A DNA stretch of 64,000 bases, taken from a bacterium. Its GTDB lineage: Bacteria; Armatimonadota; UBA5829. Within the stretch, counting starts at the first letter, position 1, and every line of letters begins with the position of its first letter. A program made the translations under genes and the position numbers. Where the stretch lies: positions 24,636 to 88,635 of the forward strand of contig JAJFTD010000100.1 of NCBI GenBank assembly GCA_021373255.1. The letters run 5' to 3'. Positions 11,171 to 19,650 of the stretch are shown piece by piece. Below the pieces are notes generated by a model. The model was not told where the DNA came from. It worked only from the letters and a program-made list of their open reading frames with translations, and ran no database searches.

Positions 11171-11782
11171 CTACTCTGCGTCACCAGTAGTCTCTCCTAC
11201 ACGATATCTTACGAACCTGGCAACCACTGTCTTCTCGCCAAGTTTCGCGACGACGTTGTTAATAACGTCCTGAATGGTAAGGTCTTCGTCCTTAATAAAC
11301 GGCTGCTCAAGCAGGCAAACCTTTGAGAAGTATTCTTTCATCTTGCCGTCGACTATGCGGTCGATGACCTTCTCCGGCTTGCCTTCTTTGATTGCCCACT
11401 GGCGATGGATGTCGCGCTCTTTAGCGACCACATCTGCCGGTACATCTTCAACCCTGAGATACTCCGGATTGCTCCAGGAGATATGCATTGCGATGTCCTT
11501 CGCCAAGTTCTGGAACTCGTCAGTCTTGGCTACGAAGGATGTTTCGCAGTTCATCTCCACCATAACGCCAATCTGATTTCCAGTATGTATGTAAGAGCCG
11601 ATCACGCCTTCCGACGCAGCTCTGGTATCTCGCTTTGCAGCCACGGCCACGCCTTTTTCGCGCAGCAGGGTGATGGCCTTCTCGAAATCGCCGTTGGTTT
11701 CAGCCAACGCTTTCTTGCAATCCATCATACCCGCGCCGGTCTGCTCCCTTAACTTCTTGACCATATCGGCACTAATTGCCAT
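11171..11782 (-). CDS. tsf: Elongation factor Ts (short ~200 aa form)
   Basis: MAISADMVKKLREQTGAGMMDCKKALAETNGDFEKA is the UBA-like N-terminus. Start taken at the ATG at 11782, preceded by a ggagag Shine-Dalgarno. Confidence 0.85.
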   Translation of the reverse strand: MAISADMVKKLREQTGAGMMDCKKALAETNGDFEKAITLLREKGVAVAAKRDTRAASEGVIGSYIHTGNQIGVMVEMNCETSFVAKTDEFQNLAKDIAMHISWSNPEYLRVEDVPADVVAKERDIHRQWAIKEGKPEKVIDRIVDGKMKEYFSKVCLLEQPFIKDEDLTIQDVINNVVAKLGEKTVVARFVRYRVGETTGDAE

Positions 11783-11822
11783 ATTTACACTCTCCAATGG
11801 TTATTGAAGCGCCTGAGCGCTA

Positions 11823-12668
11823 TTAAGCTTCAGTAGATGCAGCTTTAGTCTCGGCCTCAACCGCTACCGGTGCTTCTGCATCGATGAATATGGGCTCTTC
11901 CTCAACAGCTTCGCCGGTCTTCTCCGGGGTCAGTTCTTCTTCCGCCGCAACCTCTTCGGCTTCTGCAACTTCTTCGACTGCTTCCTCAATAGGTCTGACT
12001 TCAAGGATAGCCTCAGCAATTTTGCCGGAGATCAGTTTGATAGCGCGGATGGCGTCATCGTTGCCGGGGATTACGTAGTCGACTTCGTCCGGGTCGCAGT
12101 TTGTATCAACTATAGCCACGACCGGGATCTCGAGCTTGCGTGCTTCCAAAAGTGCAATGCGCTCTTTCTTGAGGTCAACGATGTAGATCGCGCTCGGCAG
12201 CTTGGGCATATCCTTGATACCACCAAGGAATCGCTCAAGTTTTTCTCTCTCTTCGCGGAGCTTTGCGGCTTCCTTCTTGGTGAGCTGTTCGAATATACCA
12301 TTGGCTTCCATCTTTTCCAGCTCGCGTAGTCTACCGATTCTGGTCTGGATGGTGCGATAGTTGGTGAGCATTCCGCCCAACCATCTCTGGTTCACCCAAT
12401 ACATTCCGCACTGCTGTGCGGCACTCTCGACTGCTTCCTGGGCCTGCTTCTTCGTACCAACGAAGAGTACTTCGCCGCCATCGGAAACGATGTCCTGGAC
12501 GAACTTCCTGGCGTCTTCAAAGAGCTTGAGGGTTTGATGGAGGTCGATGATGTAGATTCCGTTGCGTCCGCCGTAGATGTATCTCTTCATCTTCGGGTTC
12601 CAACGGTGAGTCCTGTGTCCGAAGTGGACACCTGCCTCCAGCAGTTCTTTCATGGTAATTGCTGGCAA
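11823..12668 (-). CDS. rpsB: 30S ribosomal protein S2 with acidic C-terminal extension
   Basis: [27 protein letters not shown]... is a canonical S2 N-terminus. Confidence 0.9.
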   Translation of the reverse strand: MPAITMKELLEAGVHFGHRTHRWNPKMKRYIYGGRNGIYIIDLHQTLKLFEDARKFVQDIVSDGGEVLFVGTKKQAQEAVESAAQQCGMYWVNQRWLGGMLTNYRTIQTRIGRLRELEKMEANGIFEQLTKKEAAKLREEREKLERFLGGIKDMPKLPSAIYIVDLKKERIALLEARKLEIPVVAIVDTNCDPDEVDYVIPGNDDAIRAIKLISGKIAEAILEVRPIEEAVEEVAEAEEVAAEEELTPEKTGEAVEEEPIFIDAEAPVAVEAETKAASTEA

Positions 12669-12786
12669 GTTTGAATCCTCCTGTAAGGTTAGTGTCTTCC
12701 CGCTTCGTCAGTCCCGGACGCAATCCCGCACAAGTCGGAACACCTACGCCCGCAGTCAGAAGCGGTGTGTTTTGCCAAACTCAGAA

Positions 12787-12816
12787 ATCATACCATATCA
12801 GCGACGTTTTCGTCAA
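12787..12816 (-). promoter_or_regulatory. Putative sigma-70 promoter of rpsB-tsf-pyrH-frr (TTGACG, 18-nt spacer, TGgTATGAT extended -10)
   Basis: Minus-strand sequence ttgacg-aaaacgtcgctgatatgg-tatgat. This leaves an approximately 115-nt leader before rpsB. Confidence 0.4.
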
Positions 12817-12891
12817 CAATTTCGGGCATTTTGCGCCAAGCAACCCAGAGGTAGTATCCCCCAGATTGTGCACAACAAGAATCTCTGCAAG

Positions 12892-13458
12892 CTAATAAGC
12901 CATTCGGGAGCCAACGGAAATGCAAAGCCCGCTGAAGTCGATATCTTCACTACCTGCAGATATTTTCGGAACCATACTATATGATGCCTCTGCAAAAATA
13001 GTCGCTCCCAACTCAATTCCAGCTACCATATTCAAGCCAAGGTTGAAGTCTTTGTATGTATCATAATAGTAGCTGCTACCAGGTCGATAGCTGGTATAAT
13101 ACAGCCCGACTCCGCCACCGATGTATGGGGAGCGGTTGGGATTGGTGCCAAAATGCTTGATGTAGTTTGCTGTAAGAGGAATAAGGCTGGCACGCTTGTA
13201 ATTTGTCTCATCACCGAACCAACCGACGCTGACCGTAAGTGATGGCCGGTCCATATTGTCGAACTTGGTCTGATAATTGAGCATAGGGCCAATATATATA
13301 CCATTTATATCGCTCAGTGCGCTGCCGGATGGCATAAAGAAACCCACCCTGATGCCTATCGGGCTTCTGTCATTAGATTCATATTGTGCAAAAGCCGTAG
13401 TTCCCAGAAGAATAGTAAGCAAGAGTGCGGTAAAGATAATAAACAGGCTATTTCTCAT
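12892..13458 (-). CDS. Small outer-membrane beta-barrel protein (OmpW/OmpA-like beta-barrel family)
   Basis: The signal peptide MRNSLFIIFTALLLTILLGTTAFA follows a ggagg Shine-Dalgarno. The sequence shows alternating hydrophobic beta-strand pattern, is Gly/Tyr-rich, and ends in an aromatic residue. Confidence 0.5.
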   Translation of the reverse strand: MRNSLFIIFTALLLTILLGTTAFAQYESNDRSPIGIRVGFFMPSGSALSDINGIYIGPMLNYQTKFDNMDRPSLTVSVGWFGDETNYKRASLIPLTANYIKHFGTNPNRSPYIGGGVGLYYTSYRPGSSYYYDTYKDFNLGLNMVAGIELGATIFAEASYSMVPKISAGSEDIDFSGLCISVGSRMAY

Positions 13459-13716
13459 TCGATGTGCCTCCAATGTATCAAACTGGACAGGAGAATTATA
13501 GGTCCACGGCACGTGTGTGTCAATTCCAACGGGCTCGTCTGTAGGAACTGTACATATAATAAACTCGTAGAGAATGCAGAACTCACCATTCTTATAGATG
13601 AGCATTCTAGCTTCGGCGAGAGTTGACAAGCAAGCGCTAAGTAATGTAATCTGAGCCAGATTAACTCAGTAATATATGAAGATTGACCAACCGAATGGTG
13701 AGAAAGGAGGTCGCTT

Positions 13717-14955
13717 ATGAGACGCATTAACGCCACAATTATGGATGTTGCCGGTATCCGTGCATACGATTGCAGGTTACCTGACGATTGTCCGGTGGGC
13801 AAGCTCGCGGCCCGTCTTGCTGAGGTGGTTCGATTCCCCGTTACCGGACCTGATGATCAGCCCATGGAATACGGTCTTATCGCTGAGGGTGGATCTGTTC
13901 TTGATTCAATATCCACACTAGCCCAAATGGATATGGCTGATGGAACGATTATGAGACTCGTTCCGGTGATTTCGGCGGGAAAAGATGTTCTAGACTTTCC
14001 CTTTGATGAAGAAGCTGAGATTGAACTTGAATTCCAGAACGAGCAAATAGATGTAGAAGTTCTTGAAGAGCGCCCTCTATTGCACGATTCCGGGCTTGAG
14101 TTGAGACTTGATGTTAGAATAGACGCGCAGGTTCACCGTGAGATAGAGCAGTTTGCCGAAATCGATCGGCACAAGGAATGCGCGGGATTGCTGCTTGGTA
14201 AAGTAACCACCGAGGGGCGCGATCGGGTTATACAAATCACTGCATTCGTCCCAGCGGAGCATGCAAGTGGCACCAGGACAAACGTGACCATCGGCCTGGA
14301 TGCATGGGCGAGTATGCTGAGAGTCCGTGAGGAGCGATACCCTGATCTCCGTATACTGGGCTGGTTCCACACCCACGCGGGGTGGGGCGTGTTCATGTCG
14401 GACTCCGATGTATTTATCCAAAGGCACTTTTTCCCGCATCCAAATATGGTGGCGTTTGTATTGGACCCAACGATCGCACGCGATGGTTTCTTTTTCTGGC
14501 ACGAAGGTAAGATCAGCCTTTGCGGAAGCTATGGCATAGTGAGTGCACCCGTGCACACGCAGAATGAGAAGAAAAATAAACGCACGGCAAAGAAAACCAA
14601 AAGACCTGATCTGCGAGATATAGCGATAGGGCTTCTCATTGCTTCGACAATGTACTTCGGTTTTACGCACGCGATCCCGCATCAAAACGTGGTGAAACCG
14701 GCGCATGTGTCGGTTCAGAAACAAGTCAGCGTGCCTGTTGCACCAGTTAAGCCCGTCGAAAAGCCGCAGCAGATGCGCATGTATGTGCTTGGTAGAGGTG
14801 AAAACCTCTGGATGGTGTGTAACCGCGTGTATAATAATGGCGATCTAGCGCAGGCCTTGGCGGATTATAACGGCATCAAGGACCTGTCAGGGCTACAGGT
14901 GGGCCAGGAGATTAAGCTGCCGCCGGCGAAAGTCCTGGAGCAGCTCGCACAATAG
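13717..14955 (+). CDS. Multidomain protein: N-terminal YukD/EsaB-like ubiquitin-like domain + JAMM/MPN+ metallopeptidase + single TM + C-terminal LysM
   Basis: The complete JAMM motif is E(CAGLLLG)...HTHAGWGVFMSDSD (E, HxH-x7-S-x2-D). The N-terminal ~85 aa (YDCRLPDDCPVGKLAARLAEVV...ADGTIMRLVP) matches the YukD/EsaB beta-grasp pattern. A KKNKRTAKKTKRPD basic stretch precedes the TM helix IAIGLLIASTMYFGF. LysM reads YVLGRGENLWMVCNRVYNNGDLAQALADYNGIKDLSGLQVGQEIKLP. Shine-Dalgarno is aaggagg. Confidence 0.75.
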   Translation: MRRINATIMDVAGIRAYDCRLPDDCPVGKLAARLAEVVRFPVTGPDDQPMEYGLIAEGGSVLDSISTLAQMDMADGTIMRLVPVISAGKDVLDFPFDEEAEIELEFQNEQIDVEVLEERPLLHDSGLELRLDVRIDAQVHREIEQFAEIDRHKECAGLLLGKVTTEGRDRVIQITAFVPAEHASGTRTNVTIGLDAWASMLRVREERYPDLRILGWFHTHAGWGVFMSDSDVFIQRHFFPHPNMVAFVLDPTIARDGFFFWHEGKISLCGSYGIVSAPVHTQNEKKNKRTAKKTKRPDLRDIAIGLLIASTMYFGFTHAIPHQNVVKPAHVSVQKQVSVPVAPVKPVEKPQQMRMYVLGRGENLWMVCNRVYNNGDLAQALADYNGIKDLSGLQVGQEIKLPPAKVLEQLAQ

Positions 14956-15002
14956 CTCCACTTGTTAGAATACCACTAAACCTGTAAGGGAAGGCGTAAT
15001 CA

Positions 15003-15788
15003 GTGGAATTGCAGGATTTTCTTCAGGATATTGCTCGGGGAGCCGGGCAGATCATCAAAGATAAATATCATGTCACAAAGATCTGGCGTACAAAATCAAG
15101 CCCCGGCGATATAGTTACCGAGGTGGATGAGGCATCGGAAAAATATGTGATGGACCGCATCCACCAGGAATTTCCTAATGATCACATCCTCTCTGAAGAG
15201 AGTGGAGCCAGCGGAATCGGTGAGCCCGACAGAGTGTGGATAATCGATCCGCTAGACGGCACGCGCAATTACATGATGGGTATCCCATTCTTCTGTGTCT
15301 CCATAGGAATCGCACGAAATGGAGTTCCCGAGGCGGGTGTAATATATGACCCCATTCACGATGAAATGTTCTATACCGAGCGTGGCAAAGGCGCATGGCT
15401 GAACGGCGAGCGCATATCCGTGTGCAATGAGGTCACCCTCGATGACAGCTTGATTTCAGTAAGCTGGGTGAAGCGTAAAGTAGACCGCAAGCGGTTCATA
15501 GAATATCTGGACAATCTGAGCAAAGACACCTCCTACTTCCGACGCTTCGGCTCAGCCGCTCTTGCAACAGCCTATGTAGCCTGCGGCCGTCTGCACGCAT
15601 ACCTACAAGGCGGCTTGAACCCATGGGACGTAGCCGCCGGTGTGTTATTGATCGAAGAGGCGGGTGGGGTAGTAACCGATTTCAAAGGCAACCCACTAGA
15701 CCTCCGCAACCCCGACATTGAGATCCTAACCTCCAACCCGGATCTGCACGAAATGCTCTTGAACCAGGTAATGGGCATCCGCAAATAG
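15003..15788 (+). CDS. Inositol monophosphatase family protein (SuhB/CysQ-like)
   Basis: WIIDPLDGTRNYMMGIPFFCVSIGI is the IMPase metal-binding motif. GTG start. Confidence 0.8.
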   Translation: MELQDFLQDIARGAGQIIKDKYHVTKIWRTKSSPGDIVTEVDEASEKYVMDRIHQEFPNDHILSEESGASGIGEPDRVWIIDPLDGTRNYMMGIPFFCVSIGIARNGVPEAGVIYDPIHDEMFYTERGKGAWLNGERISVCNEVTLDDSLISVSWVKRKVDRKRFIEYLDNLSKDTSYFRRFGSAALATAYVACGRLHAYLQGGLNPWDVAAGVLLIEEAGGVVTDFKGNPLDLRNPDIEILTSNPDLHEMLLNQVMGIRK

Positions 15789-15841
15789 AGAACAAGCGGA
15801 GAGTTGAGGGTGGAGAGTGGAGAGTAGAGAACACACCCAAT

Positions 15842-16642
15842 ATGAGAATTTATGCTATTCCAGCTTTGCTCATAGGCATTCTTACGTTCATTGGGTTTCG
15901 GATAGCCTACATCCGCAGCTCAAATGTAGCGGTACGGGTAGGGTTGATTTTAGCGGGTTTAGTGCTAGCCATACCAGCAGTGTTGTTTACCAGCAACTAC
16001 ATGCTTCTCATCCCATATGCCGATTGGTTCTTTAACGCTCATACGCTGCCAGGAGTTGAAGCGAGTTCGGGATTGGTCGGTGCTCTGCTGGGGATCATGT
16101 TCGCTTCATCCAAGCTGCGGCCAAGCAAGCTCAACTTCCCCGTGCTAAGTTTTTGCACAATACTGGCTTCAGGTCTCCTCATTGCTCCATTTGCCAAGCA
16201 ACTCCTATACGGCGTAGATTATTCCAATCTTACAAACAAGTGGAATAATGGTATCTGCCTGCAAACGAGCAGCTACACTTGCGTGCCTGCCTGTGTTTCA
16301 ACACTCATTCGAATGCAGGGAGGCAACATAGCAGAACCTGAATTAGCGAGAGCTGCCGGTACCACGAAACATGGCACCGAAACGTGGTATCTGGCGAGAG
16401 CCTTGAAAAAACGGGGTTATAAAGCGCATTTCCACAATGTGCGGTCGCTCAGGAACGCGCCGGTACCGTCGGTGGTCAGTGTGAATCTTGGAGATATTAG
16501 GCATGTGGTCGTCCTGTTGGCTAAAGATGAAAATGGCCTCACGATCGGTGAGCCGTTGCGGGGACGCCACAGCTACAAGTGGAGTGTTTTCCAAAAGAGC
16601 TATCATCCAGATGGTATGTGCATCACCATCACCGCACGGTGA
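15842..16642 (+). CDS. Membrane-anchored peptidase C39-like domain protein (four N-terminal TM helices)
   Basis: Q-x5-C-VPAC-V resembles the C39 Q...CGxACL catalytic-Cys motif. A downstream HVVVLLAKDENGLTIGEP resembles the C39 His...DP motif, with Glu in place of Asp. Confidence 0.55.
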   Translation: MRIYAIPALLIGILTFIGFRIAYIRSSNVAVRVGLILAGLVLAIPAVLFTSNYMLLIPYADWFFNAHTLPGVEASSGLVGALLGIMFASSKLRPSKLNFPVLSFCTILASGLLIAPFAKQLLYGVDYSNLTNKWNNGICLQTSSYTCVPACVSTLIRMQGGNIAEPELARAAGTTKHGTETWYLARALKKRGYKAHFHNVRSLRNAPVPSVVSVNLGDIRHVVVLLAKDENGLTIGEPLRGRHSYKWSVFQKSYHPDGMCITITAR

Positions 16643-16674
16643 GTAATGCGAGCTAACGCGCAACGCATTAACGC

Positions 16675-16720
16675 AAAAAAACGCCCCCGCAGTATAAACC
16701 GCAGGGGCGTTTGGTTTTCT
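16675..16720. terminator. Bidirectional rho-independent terminator between the convergent C39-like gene and gyrA
   Basis: aaaaaaa-cgcccccgcag-tataaac-cgcaggggcg-tttggtttt. Confidence 0.6.
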
Positions 16721-16724
16721 TAGT

Positions 16725-19292
16725 CTATTCCTCGACTTCGGTAGATTCTTCATCCTCGCCGAGTTCGTCTTCCATCTCGTCGATATCTTCATCTACGTCA
16801 TCTTCTGTTCCGTCGACCAGATTTTTCTTGGTCGCGGGCTTGCCTGTGGGAGGTGGCGTGGTTGTCTCAGCCTTTGGTATTCGGGCGAGACTTGCCACGG
16901 AATCACCGGCTCCCAGGTTGATCAAGTGAACTCCCTGAGTGCTTCTGCCGCAGGAGCGGATTTCCTTTACGCGAATCTTGAGCATGATGCCGTGAGTGGT
17001 GATTATCACGATCTTGTCGGTGTCATCTACCACCGCGGTCTCGACGATGTTGCCTGTTTTTTCATTCAGGTTCATCGTCTTGATGCCCTTGCCGCCTCTG
17101 GTCTGCCGTCTGTAGTGCTCAAGGCTGGTGCGTTTACCGAACCCGTGCTCAGTGGCAACCAGCAGTTCGCATTCATCGCGAGCCAGAGTCATTCCGACAA
17201 CGTAGTCGCTGCTATCCAGCTTGACACCACGCACTCCTCCGGCTGCTCTACCAGCACTCCTGAGGTCCTTTTCATTGAACCTTATGGACATGCCTTTGGC
17301 TGTAACCAGGGTAATATCATCGTTGCCCTTGGATATCTCGACCCACTGCAGCGCGTCACCTTCTTCGATGTCGAATGCTCTCAAGCCATTGGACCGCAGG
17401 TTATGGAACTCGGAAAGGGCAGTCTTCTTAACCTCGCCCATCTGAGTAGCCATAATCACATAACCATCGCTGTCCATCTCTCTCAACGCCACCGTGGCCG
17501 TGATCTTGTCATCCGGCTCGATAGAGATAAGGTTGATGACAGCCGTTCCCATCGCCTGACGCGATGTCTGCGGGATTTCATAAGCCTTAAGCCGATACAC
17601 CCGTCCTCTATCCGTGAAGAAGAGGATATAATGGTGTGTAGTCGCAACAAACAGGTGCGCGACCTGGTCCTCTTCCTTGGCCGTGGCGCCTATCACGCCT
17701 TTGCCTCCACGTCTTTGCGGGCGGTAGGTATCAATCGGGACGCGCTTGATGTAACCGTCGCGGGTGATCGTGATGATCGTCTCCTCATCCGGGATAACAT
17801 CCTCGTCGCCGATTTCATTGGCTTCTATCGCAATGATGCGGGTTCTGCGCTCGTCACCGAACTTGTCCCTCATGTACTTGAGCTCGGTCTTGATAACGCC
17901 AAGAATCTTCAGCGGATCAGAGAGCAAGTCTTCCAAAGATGCGATCTTCTTGAGCAGTTCCTTGTATTCTTCTTCGATCTTGTCGCGTTCCAGGGCAGTG
18001 AGCTGCCTGAGCTGCATATTCAAGATCGCTTCAGCCTGGATCTGTGAGAGCTTGAATCGCTCCATTAATTGGTTACGTGCAATCTCACTGTTCGCAGAGG
18101 CCCGGATGATCCTTATGATCTCATCCATGAACTCAATAGCTATCCTCAAGCCTTCAAGGATATGAGCACGTCTGAGTGCAGCACGAAGATCGAACTTGGT
18201 CCTGCGCACGATGATATCGACACGGTGGTCGATATAATATTGCATCACTTGCCGCAGAGTAAGGATTCGCGGCGCGCCATCAACCAGCGCAAGCATAATT
18301 ACGCCGAATGTTTTGCGCAGATCGGTGTGCTTAAGCAGGAAGTTGAGCACTTTTCTCGGGTGCGCATCCCTGCGAAGCTCAATCTGAATCCTGATACCGG
18401 TGCGGTCGGAATAATCGTATATATCTGTAATGCCGTCGATCTTCTTTTGTTTTGCAAGATCAGCGATCTTGTCGATCAGCGGCTTTTTATTAACCTGATA
18501 GGGCAGTTCGGTGATGACAATAGCGGATTTACCGTTCTCGATCATCTCGATATTTGTCTGCGCCTGCATTATAATCTGTCCACGTCCGGTCTCGTAAGCA
18601 GACCTGATGCCCTTTGTGCCCAACACAAGCCCAGCAGTCGGGAAGTCCGGGCCCTTGATGAACTGCATCAATTGGTCGACCGACGCATCAGGATTATCGA
18701 TCAGATACATAATGCCGTCGCACAGCTCAGTAAGGTTGTGCGGCGGGATCTTTGTGGCCATACCTACCGCGATTCCCAACGTGCCGTTTGCAAGCAGGTT
18801 AGGGAACTTCCCAGGCAGGACCATAGGTTCTTTGCGTGTCTGGTCGTAGTTGTCGATCCAGTCCACCGTATCCTTTTCGAGGTCATCGAGCATCTCGACA
18901 GCATACGGCGACATTCGCATTTCTGTGTATCGCATCGCGGCAGGCGGGTCAGGGTCGATGGAGCCCATGTTACCCTGTCCATCGATCAATGGGTGCCGGC
19001 TGTTGAAGTCCTGTGCCATACGGACCATGGTAGGATATATGACCTGCTCACCGTGGGGATGGTAGTTACCCGAGGTGTCACCCGCGATCTTCGCGGATTT
19101 CCTGTGCTGGGCAGACGGTCCCAGGTGGAGGTCGTTCATAGCTACCAGAATACGCCGCTCTACCGGCTTGAGTCCATCCCTGACATCAGGGAGCGCTCTG
19201 GAAATGATTACGCTCATTGCGTAATCCATATACGAGCGTTTCAACTCATCTTCGATATTGATGGGGATTACTTCCCGAGCTATGTTACTCAA
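16725..19292 (-). CDS. gyrA: DNA gyrase subunit A with acidic C-terminal tail
   Basis: 855 aa. RALPDVRDGLKPVERRIL and the active-site Tyr region are present, followed by the GyrA C-terminal beta-pinwheel repeats. gyrB is not adjacent. Confidence 0.95.
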   Translation of the reverse strand: MSNIAREVIPINIEDELKRSYMDYAMSVIISRALPDVRDGLKPVERRILVAMNDLHLGPSAQHRKSAKIAGDTSGNYHPHGEQVIYPTMVRMAQDFNSRHPLIDGQGNMGSIDPDPPAAMRYTEMRMSPYAVEMLDDLEKDTVDWIDNYDQTRKEPMVLPGKFPNLLANGTLGIAVGMATKIPPHNLTELCDGIMYLIDNPDASVDQLMQFIKGPDFPTAGLVLGTKGIRSAYETGRGQIIMQAQTNIEMIENGKSAIVITELPYQVNKKPLIDKIADLAKQKKIDGITDIYDYSDRTGIRIQIELRRDAHPRKVLNFLLKHTDLRKTFGVIMLALVDGAPRILTLRQVMQYYIDHRVDIIVRRTKFDLRAALRRAHILEGLRIAIEFMDEIIRIIRASANSEIARNQLMERFKLSQIQAEAILNMQLRQLTALERDKIEEEYKELLKKIASLEDLLSDPLKILGVIKTELKYMRDKFGDERRTRIIAIEANEIGDEDVIPDEETIITITRDGYIKRVPIDTYRPQRRGGKGVIGATAKEEDQVAHLFVATTHHYILFFTDRGRVYRLKAYEIPQTSRQAMGTAVINLISIEPDDKITATVALREMDSDGYVIMATQMGEVKKTALSEFHNLRSNGLRAFDIEEGDALQWVEISKGNDDITLVTAKGMSIRFNEKDLRSAGRAAGGVRGVKLDSSDYVVGMTLARDECELLVATEHGFGKRTSLEHYRRQTRGGKGIKTMNLNEKTGNIVETAVVDDTDKIVIITTHGIMLKIRVKEIRSCGRSTQGVHLINLGAGDSVASLARIPKAETTTPPPTGKPATKKNLVDGTEDDVDEDIDEMEDELGEDEESTEVEE

Positions 19293-19561
19293 ATTTTGGG
19301 GACCTCTCGTGACTGAATTGTCTTCCTTATTATACTGCTTCGGGTAAGCAGGGTCAAGGTAGCGAGCGTGTGCGTGACCATGACGTTAAGATTTTACCTC
19401 AGCCGTTTCATACTCTGAGTGATGGTGTGACTAACATAACTGGGCAAGACGTCTGCTCTTTTGTGTTTAGCTGAACAGTTACCAGGGTAAACATCCTCTG
19501 CATTACCTGCCTGGACTACAAATGCTGGTCAAATAACCCTCTGCGGCTGATGTAGTTTCTT

Positions 19562-19591
19562 TAATTTTCGAAGAACATACTATGGTATAAT
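19562..19591 (+). promoter_or_regulatory. Putative promoter of the EPS locus with extended -10 (ctaTGGTATAAT)
   Basis: TGgTATAAT at 19583-19591 sits about 60 nt upstream of the wzc-like start. The same 12-mer recurs at 29431. Confidence 0.4.
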
Positions 19592-19650
19592 ATCGTAGAA
19601 GGCAGGCAGCCGTGTGGGTCAGCCCCAGTCACTATTGGAGCAGCCATAAA

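Noticed and set aside
14077-14724. 215-aa minus-strand ORF inside the JAMM-LysM gene
   Set aside because: It is antisense to a domain-rich CDS and has no features of its own.
16926-19316. Long plus-strand ORFs (373 aa and 415 aa) inside the gyrA region
   Set aside because: They are antisense shadow ORFs of a high-confidence gyrA gene. They have low complexity (Ser/Leu-rich) and no recognisable domains.
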